Shown here piece after piece: positions 6,840 through 15,851 of a stretch of 31,214 nucleotides of DNA (positions are counted from its first letter, which is position 1; each line of letters begins with the position of its first letter). The notes under the pieces were generated by a model, which was not told the DNA's origin, ran no database searches, and saw only the letters and a program-made list of their open reading frames with translations. Position numbers and translations under genes: made by a program. This DNA comes from a virus, in the IMG/VR virus record IMGVR_UViG_3300045988_098657. One strand, 5' to 3'.

Positions 6840-9572
6840 TTGGATAACACAACCGTGGGCGAAATCGGCTTAAATCTTGTACTGAACAGGCAAGGCTTTT
6901 CTAAATCGCTTAATGCAGTGCAGGAGCAGGCAAACAGCGTAAGCAATAATATGAAAAGCTCACTTAAAAAGCTCGGCTCTGCCATTGTTGCTGCGTTTTC
7001 GGTAGCGGCGATTAAGCAGTTTGGCCAGCAGTGCATTGAATCGGCGGCACAGGTCAATGCGGCAAATTCTCAGTTTGAGCAGACTTTCGGTTCAATGGAA
7101 TCACAAGCAAAAAGTGCAATTCAGAGTGTTGCAAAGGAAAGTGGTATTCTCGAAACCCGATTGCAGGGTGTGGGAACGAGTATTTATGCTTTTGCAAAAA
7201 CCACAGGTATGGACAGTGCCAATGCATTGAATATGATGCAAGAAGCTTTACAGGTAACAGCCGACAGTGCTGCATATTATGACCGTTCACTCGAGGACAC
7301 CGCAGAAAGCCTTAAATCTTTTCTCAAAGGCAACTTTGAAAACGACGCCGCACTAGGTCTGTCTTGTACAGAAACTACAAGAAACGCAGCGGCCAACAAG
7401 TTGTACGGTAAATCGTTTACGGAACTTTCAGAATCACAGAAACAGCTTACTTTACTTGAAATGGTAAAAGACGCAAATAAACTTTCGGGTGCTATCGGAC
7501 AAGCAAGCAGAGAATCAGACGGTTGGGAAAATGTAACAGGCAACTTAAAAGAGAGCTGGAATCAGCTCCTTGCGGTTATAGGCAAGCCAATTTTGCAAGT
7601 AGCAACGAATATTGTGCAAAAGCTTTCTTCGGCTATCGCAAAACTTACAGAGTACGCCAAAGGGGCGATAAATGCACTTTCAAAGCTGTTCAACTGGGGC
7701 GGAGATGATACGGCTGACAGCATTTCAGCCGCTGCAAGCTCGGCAGAGAATTTGAGCAGTGAGGCCGAAAGCAGTTCGGAATCTTTAGAGAATGTTGCAG
7801 ACAGCTCGGAAAAAGCAAAGAACAGCGTTGCAGGTTTTGACAAGCTGAATGTTCTCACTAAATCAGATAGCGGCGGTTCTGATACTTCCGCAAGAAGCAC
7901 GTCGGCAAGCAATGGTACTTCTGTCGCAAATACTGTTGTTAAAGACACAAACAGCGGTGTTTCGGGTGCTTTTAAAAATCTATACGAAAAGAGCGGATTT
8001 AAAGGCTTTGTTCAAAATGTTCAAAAGGGTATTAACAAGGTTGATTGGTCATCAATCGGCAAAAACTGCAAAATAATTTTTGATAATATTAAGCCGATAG
8101 CCAAAAAAAGTTTTGAGAAGATTCAGCAGGTGAGTGCCGCCAAGCTCAAGGCGGTCGGTTCTGCATTCGGAGCGGTTGCGACAATCGGCGGAAAGTCGTT
8201 TCAGACCCTTTCGGGTGGTGTTGCAAAGTGGATTTCAAAAGACAGGGAAAAGATTATCGGTTTTATTGACACCATAGGCAATAATCTTACAAACGGTTAT
8301 AACAATCTCTCAACTTTTTTTGATAATTTCGGTACGCTTGCAGGCAATGCAATTGACAATGTTCGTCCTCAAATGGAAGAGTCAATTTCAAATCTTTTAA
8401 GTGGTCTTACAACCTTTGCAGGTTCGGTTGGTGAAGTTATTTCGGGCGCATTTTCAATCGCAACCGAAAGCCTCGTCGAATGGACTGAAAACGACGGTGC
8501 AACAATCACAGAATTTCTTGAAAATTTACAATTGCAGTTTGCAGATGTGTTTGACTTTATCGGTCAGATTTTCGGAGATATCGGAACAATTATCAGCGAA
8601 TGGTGGAACGGCAACGGACAGGAAATTTTTCAGAATGTGTGCGATATGTTCCTTAATATCGGCACAACGCTTATGAATGTTTATAATGATTGGATTATGC
8701 CTGCGTGGAATTTCATTGTCGGAGTATTTCAGTCCGCATGGACAGATTGCCTTAAACCGATTTTTGAACAGTTATGGACTGTTTTTGGCAAGGTTTGCGA
8801 TTATATTGCAACAATATGGAATAATTGGCTTTTACCGTTTGTGAATTTCATAAGCGATACATTAGGCCCTGTATTTAATACGGTACTGAGAAATATTCAA
8901 AGCATTTTTGAAACAGTATTCAGAGTTATAGGCGATGTTGTGGGCGGTATTTTAAAATCGTTCGGCGGTCTTATTGACTTTATAACAGGTATTTTTTCGG
9001 GCAACTGGGAAAAGGCTTGGAACGGTATCAAAGACTTTTTCGGAGGTATATGGGACGGCATATGGGGCATTATCAAAGGCTTTGTTAATCTGATAATTGA
9101 CGGTATAAACCTATTGTTGACAGGTATATATACGGTTGTAGCCGCTATCGTTAATGCTATCGGCGGTATAGCTGACGCAATCGGTTCGATTTTCGGGCAG
9201 GAATGGGGTTGGTCAATGCCTAACGAACCTGTTCTTATTCCACATCTTGCAACAGGCGGACTTGTCAAAGCACCGACACTTGCGGTAGTCGGAGATAACG
9301 CAGGAGCTAATTCGGGCAATCCGGAAGTTATTGCGCCGCTTAGCAAGCTACAAGGTATGATTAATACTTCTAACGGCGAGGATACGGTAATTCTCGGCGA
9401 AATTCTGTCGTATCTTAAAAAGCTGTATGAGATGTTCGTAATATTCAGAAACAACGGCGGTAACTACTATCAGTTTGTCGCTGAAATTAACGGCAATGAT
9501 ATTTTTAACGAAATCGTAAAGCAAAACGAACTTTATAAAAACCGCCATAACGGCAAATCGGCATTTGCGTAA
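6840..9572 (+). CDS. Tail tape measure protein
   Basis: 910 aa with a helical N-terminal half, a Ser-rich linker containing GFDKLNVL, and a W/G-rich hydrophobic C-terminal half. TTG start. Confidence 0.85.
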   Translation: MDNTTVGEIGLNLVLNRQGFSKSLNAVQEQANSVSNNMKSSLKKLGSAIVAAFSVAAIKQFGQQCIESAAQVNAANSQFEQTFGSMESQAKSAIQSVAKESGILETRLQGVGTSIYAFAKTTGMDSANALNMMQEALQVTADSAAYYDRSLEDTAESLKSFLKGNFENDAALGLSCTETTRNAAANKLYGKSFTELSESQKQLTLLEMVKDANKLSGAIGQASRESDGWENVTGNLKESWNQLLAVIGKPILQVATNIVQKLSSAIAKLTEYAKGAINALSKLFNWGGDDTADSISAAASSAENLSSEAESSSESLENVADSSEKAKNSVAGFDKLNVLTKSDSGGSDTSARSTSASNGTSVANTVVKDTNSGVSGAFKNLYEKSGFKGFVQNVQKGINKVDWSSIGKNCKIIFDNIKPIAKKSFEKIQQVSAAKLKAVGSAFGAVATIGGKSFQTLSGGVAKWISKDREKIIGFIDTIGNNLTNGYNNLSTFFDNFGTLAGNAIDNVRPQMEESISNLLSGLTTFAGSVGEVISGAFSIATESLVEWTENDGATITEFLENLQLQFADVFDFIGQIFGDIGTIISEWWNGNGQEIFQNVCDMFLNIGTTLMNVYNDWIMPAWNFIVGVFQSAWTDCLKPIFEQLWTVFGKVCDYIATIWNNWLLPFVNFISDTLGPVFNTVLRNIQSIFETVFRVIGDVVGGILKSFGGLIDFITGIFSGNWEKAWNGIKDFFGGIWDGIWGIIKGFVNLIIDGINLLLTGIYTVVAAIVNAIGGIADAIGSIFGQEWGWSMPNEPVLIPHLATGGLVKAPTLAVVGDNAGANSGNPEVIAPLSKLQGMINTSNGEDTVILGEILSYLKKLYEMFVIFRNNGGNYYQFVAEINGNDIFNEIVKQNELYKNRHNGKSAFA

Positions 9573-9584
9573 AGGAGGTGCAGG

Positions 9585-9986
9585 ATGTCAAATTATAAAG
9601 GTTATTTACTAAAATTCGGAAATACCGAATTTCCTAATAACTATTTTGCTGAATATTCGTCAACACCTGATCAGCGTATGGACAATGATGCCGAGCGTGA
9701 CGATAACGGCAGTTTACAGCGTTCAACACTGCCGACAGGTAAGACAAGCATTACTTTTTCTACCCACATTCTGCACTTGAACGAGAAAATCAATATGCAG
9801 AATATTATTAATTCTGGAATCGTGAACACAGTACAACGCAAATGTTATGTTACCTACTGGAACGATGAAACAAACTCATATGACAGCGGATATTTCTATA
9901 TTCCCGATATTGAGTTTTCGGTTATGGACGCAAGCAAGACAGACATCCGCTACAACCCGATAAGCATTGAACTTATTGAGTATTAA
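9585..9986 (+). CDS. Putative distal tail protein (short form)
   Basis: First gene after the tape measure. RBS aaaggaggtg. At 133 aa it is short for a Dit. Confidence 0.4.
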   Translation: MSNYKGYLLKFGNTEFPNNYFAEYSSTPDQRMDNDAERDDNGSLQRSTLPTGKTSITFSTHILHLNEKINMQNIINSGIVNTVQRKCYVTYWNDETNSYDSGYFYIPDIEFSVMDASKTDIRYNPISIELIEY

Positions 9987-9997
9987 GGGGGTGCGGT

Positions 9998-11194
9998 ATG
10001 ATAAATTTAACAGATGAGGTCAAAAAGCAACTGTTGAACGACAGCTTGCAAAGGGAAATAATTATCAGCTTTCCTGACGACGATATTCCCAACATCACGG
10101 GCAAGAATATTGTATCTGAAAGTCTTGAACTTACGCAGGCAATCAGTGACGGCAAGGAGTTTAAACTCGGCGGCTGTATTGCAGGTCAGCTTACTGTAAG
10201 AGTGATAAATGTTGATACAGAGCTTAACGGCAAACGCATTAAAGTTATAATGAAACAGTCATACAGCAAGGGGCTTTTATTTCCCTCCGATACAGTATTG
10301 CCGAGTGCAGATTTATATTGCGGTTATCAGTCTGGAGTTATTGAGATGTCGCTATTCTGCGGTACTGTCAACAGCTCATCAAGACAGAAAAACAGGGCGG
10401 TAAAGGAAATTATCGCATATGACGATTTATACCTCGCTTCGCAAAAATACGCTTACAACTACTTTACAAGCCTTGCGATTTATTCGCCAAAAATAAGTTT
10501 ATATGATTTGAGAGTATATCTCTGCAGCAACTTTTTAAAAGATTATGATTACGAAAACGAATTTACAGGCTTTAATGACAGCAATGAGCTGTCACTGAAA
10601 TTGGATCTTGTAAAATCGGTTTTCAATGACAAAACCACGATAGCGGACTTGTTGAGTGCGTACTGCGAACTTAACGCTTGTTTTGCAATTATGAGCGGAG
10701 AGGGCAAGATAAAGTTTATTCAAATTTTAAATCCTAAAACCGAGGTCGTTGACAACTACAGCAACCTCGACTTTGAGGAATACATAACACGCAGTATTAA
10801 TCTTATTAAGTTTAAGTACAACAAGGACAGCTATTTTTCGTACGGTCATACAGAAGAAGAAAAACAAAGTTGGTATATATCGGACAACATAATTACTGCT
10901 TGCTGTACAGACATTGCAGGTATTGTTACAAGTTTTAACGATAATAAAGGTAACAACTACATCTTTTACAATTTGTATGCTTACAGGCCTTTTAAAGCTG
11001 ATGTTTACGGTAGGTGGTGGCTCGAATGTGGCGACAAGGTGAGCATAAAAACAGGCTTTACGGACACGGAAACGGTCGACAGTTTTATACTTGAACGAAC
11101 GCTGAAAGGCACTAACGGTATGAGAGTAAGGCTGACGGCAGAAGGTACAGAATATTTAGGAAAGGATGAGATAAATGAGTTACAGCAAAATTAA
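9998..11194 (+). CDS. Putative tail-tip / tail-associated (Tal-like) protein
   Basis: Assigned by synteny. 398 aa, RBS aagggggtg. Confidence 0.5.
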   Translation: MINLTDEVKKQLLNDSLQREIIISFPDDDIPNITGKNIVSESLELTQAISDGKEFKLGGCIAGQLTVRVINVDTELNGKRIKVIMKQSYSKGLLFPSDTVLPSADLYCGYQSGVIEMSLFCGTVNSSSRQKNRAVKEIIAYDDLYLASQKYAYNYFTSLAIYSPKISLYDLRVYLCSNFLKDYDYENEFTGFNDSNELSLKLDLVKSVFNDKTTIADLLSAYCELNACFAIMSGEGKIKFIQILNPKTEVVDNYSNLDFEEYITRSINLIKFKYNKDSYFSYGHTEEEKQSWYISDNIITACCTDIAGIVTSFNDNKGNNYIFYNLYAYRPFKADVYGRWWLECGDKVSIKTGFTDTETVDSFILERTLKGTNGMRVRLTAEGTEYLGKDEINELQQN

Positions 11195-11993
11195 TTGGGT
11201 TGACGGAGCTGTTCCGGCGCTGAACGCAACAAACTTAAATCGTATGGACGACGGTATCTACAACAACAGCATAGACATAGCGCTTGCGGGTGACAACATC
11301 AACACGCTAAACGAGAGAATAATTGCGATTAACACAGCCTTATCTGCAAAGGCAGATAAAACAGAGCTTGAAGATGAAATAACAGACATTGACGAAACAG
11401 TGACAATGAAGATTAATCTTAAAGCGGATAAGGCGGATACTCTTGCCGGTTACGGAATTACCGATGCTTACGACAAAACATATATAAATAGATCGTTAAA
11501 CCTTAAGCTTGACAAAAGGCCATTCGATACAGAACCAAAATATAATAGTCCTAATTATATTACAAGCGGCACTGTGTATAACAGTGTTAATTCGCTTAGG
11601 CAGACCGTTGCGCAGAACAAAGCCGATATAGAAAAATCGCTTGCAAACAAATATGATGCGGCGAATAACGAAATCGGTTCGGGAGAATTATCTCCGGCGC
11701 AGACAATTTATGAGGGCAGTGAGGGAAACTTTGTTTACGCAAAGAACGGCGACGTAGTTACTGTGTCTGTAAATATTACAAGTATGTTGGCGGATAAAAC
11801 ATATTTGCAAATGACGGGTTTGCCGTTCCCATCAAAAGCAGAAAGTAGACTTGCAAGTATTGCCGTATATTCTACAACGAATAAATTGCGTAATGTGAGA
11901 ATAGACGGTTCGTGGATTTACATAAGTTCACCGTCCGATAAATTTGCAGAGGGCGAAAAAATGAATTTCATTATTACATACATAATCAAATAA
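11175..11993 (+). CDS. Putative tail fibre / receptor-binding protein
   Basis: N-terminus MSYSKINWVDGAVPALNATNLNRMDDGIY is a motif common at the start of Gram-positive phage fibres. A coiled-coil middle region follows. Confidence 0.55.
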   Translation: MSYSKINWVDGAVPALNATNLNRMDDGIYNNSIDIALAGDNINTLNERIIAINTALSAKADKTELEDEITDIDETVTMKINLKADKADTLAGYGITDAYDKTYINRSLNLKLDKRPFDTEPKYNSPNYITSGTVYNSVNSLRQTVAQNKADIEKSLANKYDAANNEIGSGELSPAQTIYEGSEGNFVYAKNGDVVTVSVNITSMLADKTYLQMTGLPFPSKAESRLASIAVYSTTNKLRNVRIDGSWIYISSPSDKFAEGEKMNFIITYIIK

Positions 11994-12006
11994 GGAGCGA
12001 ATTACT

Positions 12007-12219
12007 ATGGAAATCAAAGAAAGAATTACACTCGATATGCTCACAAAAGACAGTGTAAGCGTATTAAGACAGAAGTTTATAACCCTTAACGGCGAAGATG
12101 TGCAGGTCGGCGGCAATGTTCGCAACGCTTACACAAACTGTGATGATGACAAGTCAATCTTAAAAGAACAGCTTTCAGAAGAATACTACAATGCTATTAT
12201 GGCAGTATGGGAGGTATAA
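12007..12219 (+). CDS. Hypothetical 70-aa protein between fibre and lysin
   Basis: RBS taaggagcg. Confidence 0.55.
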   Translation: MEIKERITLDMLTKDSVSVLRQKFITLNGEDVQVGGNVRNAYTNCDDDKSILKEQLSEEYYNAIMAVWEV

Positions 12220-12221
12220 AT

Positions 12222-13247
12222 ATGTCAAAAATTACTTGTGTTGATATTTCAGAATTTCAGCAAAATATTGATTTCAACAAAATGAAAAACGACGGTATAA
12301 AAGCGGTCATTATCAGAGCCGGCTACGGCAGAGAAACAAGTCAGAAAGACAGTATGTTTGAAAGTCATTATAAAAATGCGAAAAACGCAAATTTAAAAAT
12401 CGGAGTGTATTGGTACAGCTATGCTGACAGTGTGAACGATGCGGAAAAAGAGGCAAGGGCTTGCCTTGAGTGCATTAAAAGCAAGAGCCTTGACATGCCG
12501 ATTTATTATGATTTGGAAGATTATTCAATGGTTAAACTCGGCAAAACAAAACTTACAGCGATTGCAGAACGATTTTGCGAAACAATCAAGAAAAGTAACT
12601 ACAGAGCAGGTGTGTATGCCAATCTGAATTGGTTTAACAACTGTCTTGATTATGATGAATTGAAGAGAAAATACAGTATTTGGCTTGCCCAATATAATGA
12701 CAAAGCAGAGATTGACTGTGATATTTGGCAGAATAGTTCATCAGGTCGTGTTAATGGATACAACGGCAGGCTTGATACTAACATTGTGTATGATGAGAGT
12801 CTTTTTAATTGTGCTGATAAAAGCACATCAGAAAAGCCAACGCTGACTTATCGTGTATTTGCTGATCACAAATGGTACAGCGAAGTAAAAGGTCTTAGCA
12901 ACATAGCAGGAAGAAGCAAGCAGGCGATTTCTGCTATTGCTCTTAAGGTATCAAGAGGTAAAATTCGCTATCGTGTGCACTTGCTCAACGGTGACTGGTT
13001 GCCTTGGGTAAGAGGTTACAATATCAATGATAATCGAAACGGATTTGCGGGCATCAAGGAAAAAGTCATTGATGCCGTACAGGTCGAGTTTAGTGGCGTG
13101 AGCGACTTCAAGGCTACATACAGAGTGCGTAAGCAGGGTGCAGACTTTTGGGATTGGCAGCACAACACCGAAAAAGACAGCGAGCAGGATGGCTATGCAG
13201 GACTTTTCGGCGCTAAGATTGACGGCTTGCAGATTACACTTACATAA
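12222..13247 (+). CDS. Endolysin: GH25 muramidase plus three ChW-like wall-binding repeats
   Basis: N-terminal VDISEFQQNIDFNKMKNDGIKAVIIRAGYG...IGVYWYSYA is GH25-like. C-terminal repeats begin YRV at 12849, 12969 and 13119. ATG 12222 has RBS gggagg. Confidence 0.85.
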   Translation: MSKITCVDISEFQQNIDFNKMKNDGIKAVIIRAGYGRETSQKDSMFESHYKNAKNANLKIGVYWYSYADSVNDAEKEARACLECIKSKSLDMPIYYDLEDYSMVKLGKTKLTAIAERFCETIKKSNYRAGVYANLNWFNNCLDYDELKRKYSIWLAQYNDKAEIDCDIWQNSSSGRVNGYNGRLDTNIVYDESLFNCADKSTSEKPTLTYRVFADHKWYSEVKGLSNIAGRSKQAISAIALKVSRGKIRYRVHLLNGDWLPWVRGYNINDNRNGFAGIKEKVIDAVQVEFSGVSDFKATYRVRKQGADFWDWQHNTEKDSEQDGYAGLFGAKIDGLQITLT

Positions 13248-13265
13248 GCATAAGGAAGTGAAGTA

Positions 13266-13502
13266 ATGACAACAGAAGTGATTGTTGCTTTAATAGGTTT
13301 AGGTGGTTCTGCTATTGGCTCAATTTTAGGTATTATTGCAAGTTCAAAATTAACATTGTACCGTATTAAACAGCTTGAAGAAAAAGTAGACAAACACAAC
13401 AGTGTAATCGAAAGAGTTTACCATCTTGAAACGCAAGATGCTGTTATTAATGAAGAAATCAAAGTTGTAAATCATAGACTAACTGACCTTGAAAATAAAT
13501 AA
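13266..13502 (+). CDS. Small membrane protein with coiled coil (lysis accessory, XhlA-like?)
   Basis: N-terminal TM helix VIVALIGLGGSAIGSILGIIA followed by a coiled coil. It sits between the lysin and the holin. Confidence 0.5.
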   Translation: MTTEVIVALIGLGGSAIGSILGIIASSKLTLYRIKQLEEKVDKHNSVIERVYHLETQDAVINEEIKVVNHRLTDLENK

Positions 13503-13518
13503 AACGGAGGTAATATGT

Positions 13519-13728
13519 ATGAAGAAAATTACAAATTGGAAATCGTGGGCAAAATGCGCAGGCGTAAGAGCAATAAAAACCGTTGCTCAAACAGCTATTG
13601 CAACCATTGGCACAACAGCGGTGATCAGAGAAGTCGATTGGGTTATGGTTGCCTCAGCAAGTGCATTGGCAGGTATTTTATCAATTCTTACCAGTGTTGC
13701 AGGCTTGCCGGAGGTCGATAGCGAATAA
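13519..13728 (+). CDS. Holin (phi LC3 / LL-H-like)
   Basis: RAIKTVAQTAIATIG...SASALAGILSILTSVAGLPE. ATG 13519 has RBS ggagg 9 nt upstream. Confidence 0.75.
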   Translation: MKKITNWKSWAKCAGVRAIKTVAQTAIATIGTTAVIREVDWVMVASASALAGILSILTSVAGLPEVDSE

Positions 13729-13764
13729 ATCATTTTCCTTCATAATAACGCCCCAAAAGATATT

Positions 13765-14544
13765 ATGGAGGTAAAAGTATTGAAAAGTTTTATAGGCTGG
13801 ATAGGTGGCAAAAGTCATCTAAAAAATCAAATCATTTCGCTTATTCCCAATGATTGCACTCGCTACATTGAAGTATGCGGCGGTGCAGGTTGGGTATTGT
13901 TTGGTAAAGAAAAAATCAAGGGTCAGATGGAAGTTTTCAATGATATTGACGGTGATCTGATTAACCTTTACAGGCAAATTAAGCATAATTGCTCGGAATT
14001 GCAGTCGGAAATCGACTGGCTGCAATCCCGTGAATTATTCAATCAGTATCGTTATGAAATTGAAAATCAAATTAAACTTTCTGATTTACAGAGAGCGGCT
14101 CGTTATCTGTATCTTATTAAATGCAGCTTTGGCAGTAACCGCAATTCCTTTGCAACTGCCACGAAATCAATTAATAATATTATTGATGAGTTGCCTGCAT
14201 ATAAAGAAAGACTAAAAAATGTTATAATCGAAAACAAAGATTTTGAATTACTGATTAAAACATATGACCGCCCCAAAGCTGTGTTTTATATAGACCCGCC
14301 ATATGTAGCCTCAGAACAATATTATAACAAGAAATATGTAACATTTAATAAAGATGACCATATTCGTTTAAATACTGTTTTAAAGGCGATTAAAGGGCGT
14401 TTTATACTATCATATAATGACTGTGATTTTATTAGAAATTTGTACAAAGATTATAATATCAGAAACATAAGCAGACATAATTTACTTCCGATTACAAGTG
14501 GAAATCGTGAAGAATTCAAAGAAGTTATAATAACAAATTACTAA
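13765..14544 (+). CDS. Orphan D12-class (Dam-like) N6-adenine DNA methyltransferase
   Basis: WIGGKSHL...YIEVCGGAGWVLF (motif I) ...FNDIDGDLINLY... FYIDPPY (motif IV). The gene is visibly more AT-rich than its neighbours. Confidence 0.85.
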   Translation: MEVKVLKSFIGWIGGKSHLKNQIISLIPNDCTRYIEVCGGAGWVLFGKEKIKGQMEVFNDIDGDLINLYRQIKHNCSELQSEIDWLQSRELFNQYRYEIENQIKLSDLQRAARYLYLIKCSFGSNRNSFATATKSINNIIDELPAYKERLKNVIIENKDFELLIKTYDRPKAVFYIDPPYVASEQYYNKKYVTFNKDDHIRLNTVLKAIKGRFILSYNDCDFIRNLYKDYNIRNISRHNLLPITSGNREEFKEVIITNY

Positions 14545-14677
14545 ATTAGTAATAATATTACATATTTATGTAAATAATAACGCTTTAATGTATTATATTA
14601 CTTGGGGCGTTTGTGAAACACTGTCCGATAAAAACAAGTCTGCCTAACAGCGGCAAGCAGAAAGCGAGGTGAGAGCA

Positions 14678-14965
14678 ATGTTTTACAATGAACTTGACTA
14701 TTTGGACGATGAAGAAGCTTATACAATTTGTTCAAGTAAAATTCCAACCGAAGACGAATTGGAAGATAATCTAAACAAAGTTATTGACGAAAAGCTACTT
14801 CATTCGTTCTATCTGCTTGGCAAGTATGATGTCAAGATAGAGAGAGCATACCGAGAGGGGTTCAGGAGCGGTCTTGCACTGACTATTTCGGTTACCGCTC
14901 TATTATTATCACTGGTGGCATTAATATGGAAACTACAGACAATATTAACGCTATTACCGAAATGA
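14678..14965 (+). CDS. Hypothetical protein with C-terminal TM helix
   Basis: ATG 14678 with RBS gcgaggtgag. Its 3' end overlaps the minus-strand gene by 74 nt. Confidence 0.45.
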   Translation: MFYNELDYLDDEEAYTICSSKIPTEDELEDNLNKVIDEKLLHSFYLLGKYDVKIERAYREGFRSGLALTISVTALLLSLVALIWKLQTILTLLPK

Positions 14966-15212
14966 TTATCGGGACCCAAAAACGGATTTTTTCTTTTCTG
15001 CGGTATAGTAAAAACATTTTCCCTTTTTTAGAAATACAGTAGTATTTAGGATCGGGTGAATAGTCAATAAGATGATAACGCAACAAGAAAGAATATTTTT
15101 CTTTAAATTTATAGTCAACATCTTGTTTTAAAAGTTTATTACCTTTATATAATGACCTAAGTATTCTCACTTCTGATTTATCAAGAATGAGGTCTTTATG
15201 AGAAGTTGACAT
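14892..15212 (-). CDS. Membrane-anchored winged-helix-like protein; only minus-strand gene (repressor or superinfection-exclusion candidate)
   Basis: ATG 15212 with AAAGGAGG 8 nt upstream on the minus strand. LDKSEVRILRSLYKGNKL...YCISKKGKMFL is followed by the TM helix FWVPIIISVIALILSVVSILM. Confidence 0.6.
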   Translation of the reverse strand: MSTSHKDLILDKSEVRILRSLYKGNKLLKQDVDYKFKEKYSFLLRYHLIDYSPDPKYYCISKKGKMFLLYRRKEKIRFWVPIIISVIALILSVVSILMPPVIIIER

Positions 15213-15281
15213 AGTGTGCACCTCCTTTCATAGTTAATCATAGCATTTAAGGTCGTGTAAAGCAATAAAATATCGAAAAGA

Positions 15282-15310
15282 ATAGTAGAACTTGAAAAAG
15301 TTCTTGTCAA
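15282..15310 (-). promoter_or_regulatory. Leftward promoter TTGACA-17-TACTAT whose spacer is a perfect palindrome (AGAACTT-gaaa-AAGTTCT, 15287-15304)
   Basis: The reverse complement of 15282-15310 reads TTGACAagaactttttcaagttcTACTAT, about 60 nt upstream of ATG 15212. Confidence 0.6.
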
Positions 15311-15356
15311 ACAGCAGAAAACAGCGTGAACACACCAACAGAAAGGAGATGAGGAG

Positions 15357-15629
15357 ATGAACAACACTTTACTTATCAACCCAAAAACTGGTCAGGAATA
15401 TGACGATGTTCCGCCGATGGTGGCGGCAAAATATCTCGGTGTGGCCCTTAACTTTGTGTATGACGGCTTAAAGCAAAAAGCACTGCCGATTGGTACAGCA
15501 GTACAGAGCGACAAAGGCAGATGGACTTACAATATCCCTTGCGACAGGCTCAAAGCATATGCAAGCGGTGTTGATGTTTTGCAGACCACACAGCTTTTAG
15601 AAATGTTTATCAGTAGAAAGGAGGCATAA
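15357..15629 (+). CDS. Putative small DNA-binding (HTH) early protein
   Basis: First rightward gene. VAAKYLGVALNFVYDGLKQKALP looks like an HTH. Confidence 0.45.
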   Translation: MNNTLLINPKTGQEYDDVPPMVAAKYLGVALNFVYDGLKQKALPIGTAVQSDKGRWTYNIPCDRLKAYASGVDVLQTTQLLEMFISRKEA

Positions 15630-15632
15630 CAA

Positions 15633-15848
15633 ATGGCACTTAGACACATTAAAACAAAACGCAGTCTTAAGGACGAGAACAAGCACTTACATAGCTTAGT
15701 CAAACACTTGCAGATTGAGCTTGAGAACGCAAGGCTTGACATTAGCATTAAGAATGACGCAATCAACGGCTACCGCAAGGAGAACATCAAGCTCAGACAG
15801 CGCATTAACAGTATGTATGCATATGATGTTTTTGGGGAGGAGGTGTAA
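15633..15848 (+). CDS. Hypothetical coiled-coil protein
   Basis: RBS aaaggagg; 71 aa. Confidence 0.6.
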   Translation: MALRHIKTKRSLKDENKHLHSLVKHLQIELENARLDISIKNDAINGYRKENIKLRQRINSMYAYDVFGEEV

Positions 15849-15851
15849 CAG

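Noticed and set aside
7720-7950. Ser/Ala/Glu-rich low-complexity stretch in the tape measure gene, considered as a repeat array
   Set aside because: There is no nucleotide-level periodic repeat. It is a compositionally biased linker, as is common in tape measure proteins.
8897-9454. Long antisense ORFs in the track (for example 8897..9454, 5155..5544, 7562..7948, 17005..17430, 28156..28587, 29900..30301, 30302..30625, 30953..31201, all on the minus strand)
   Set aside because: All lie wholly inside strong + strand genes, lack RBSs, and have low-complexity or odd composition. They are typical shadow ORFs.
15304-15332. Rightward early promoter TTGTCA-17-TGAACA overlapping the leftward -35
   Set aside because: The -10 matches consensus at only 2 of 6 positions. 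I could not identify a convincing rightward promoter by eye, so none is reported.
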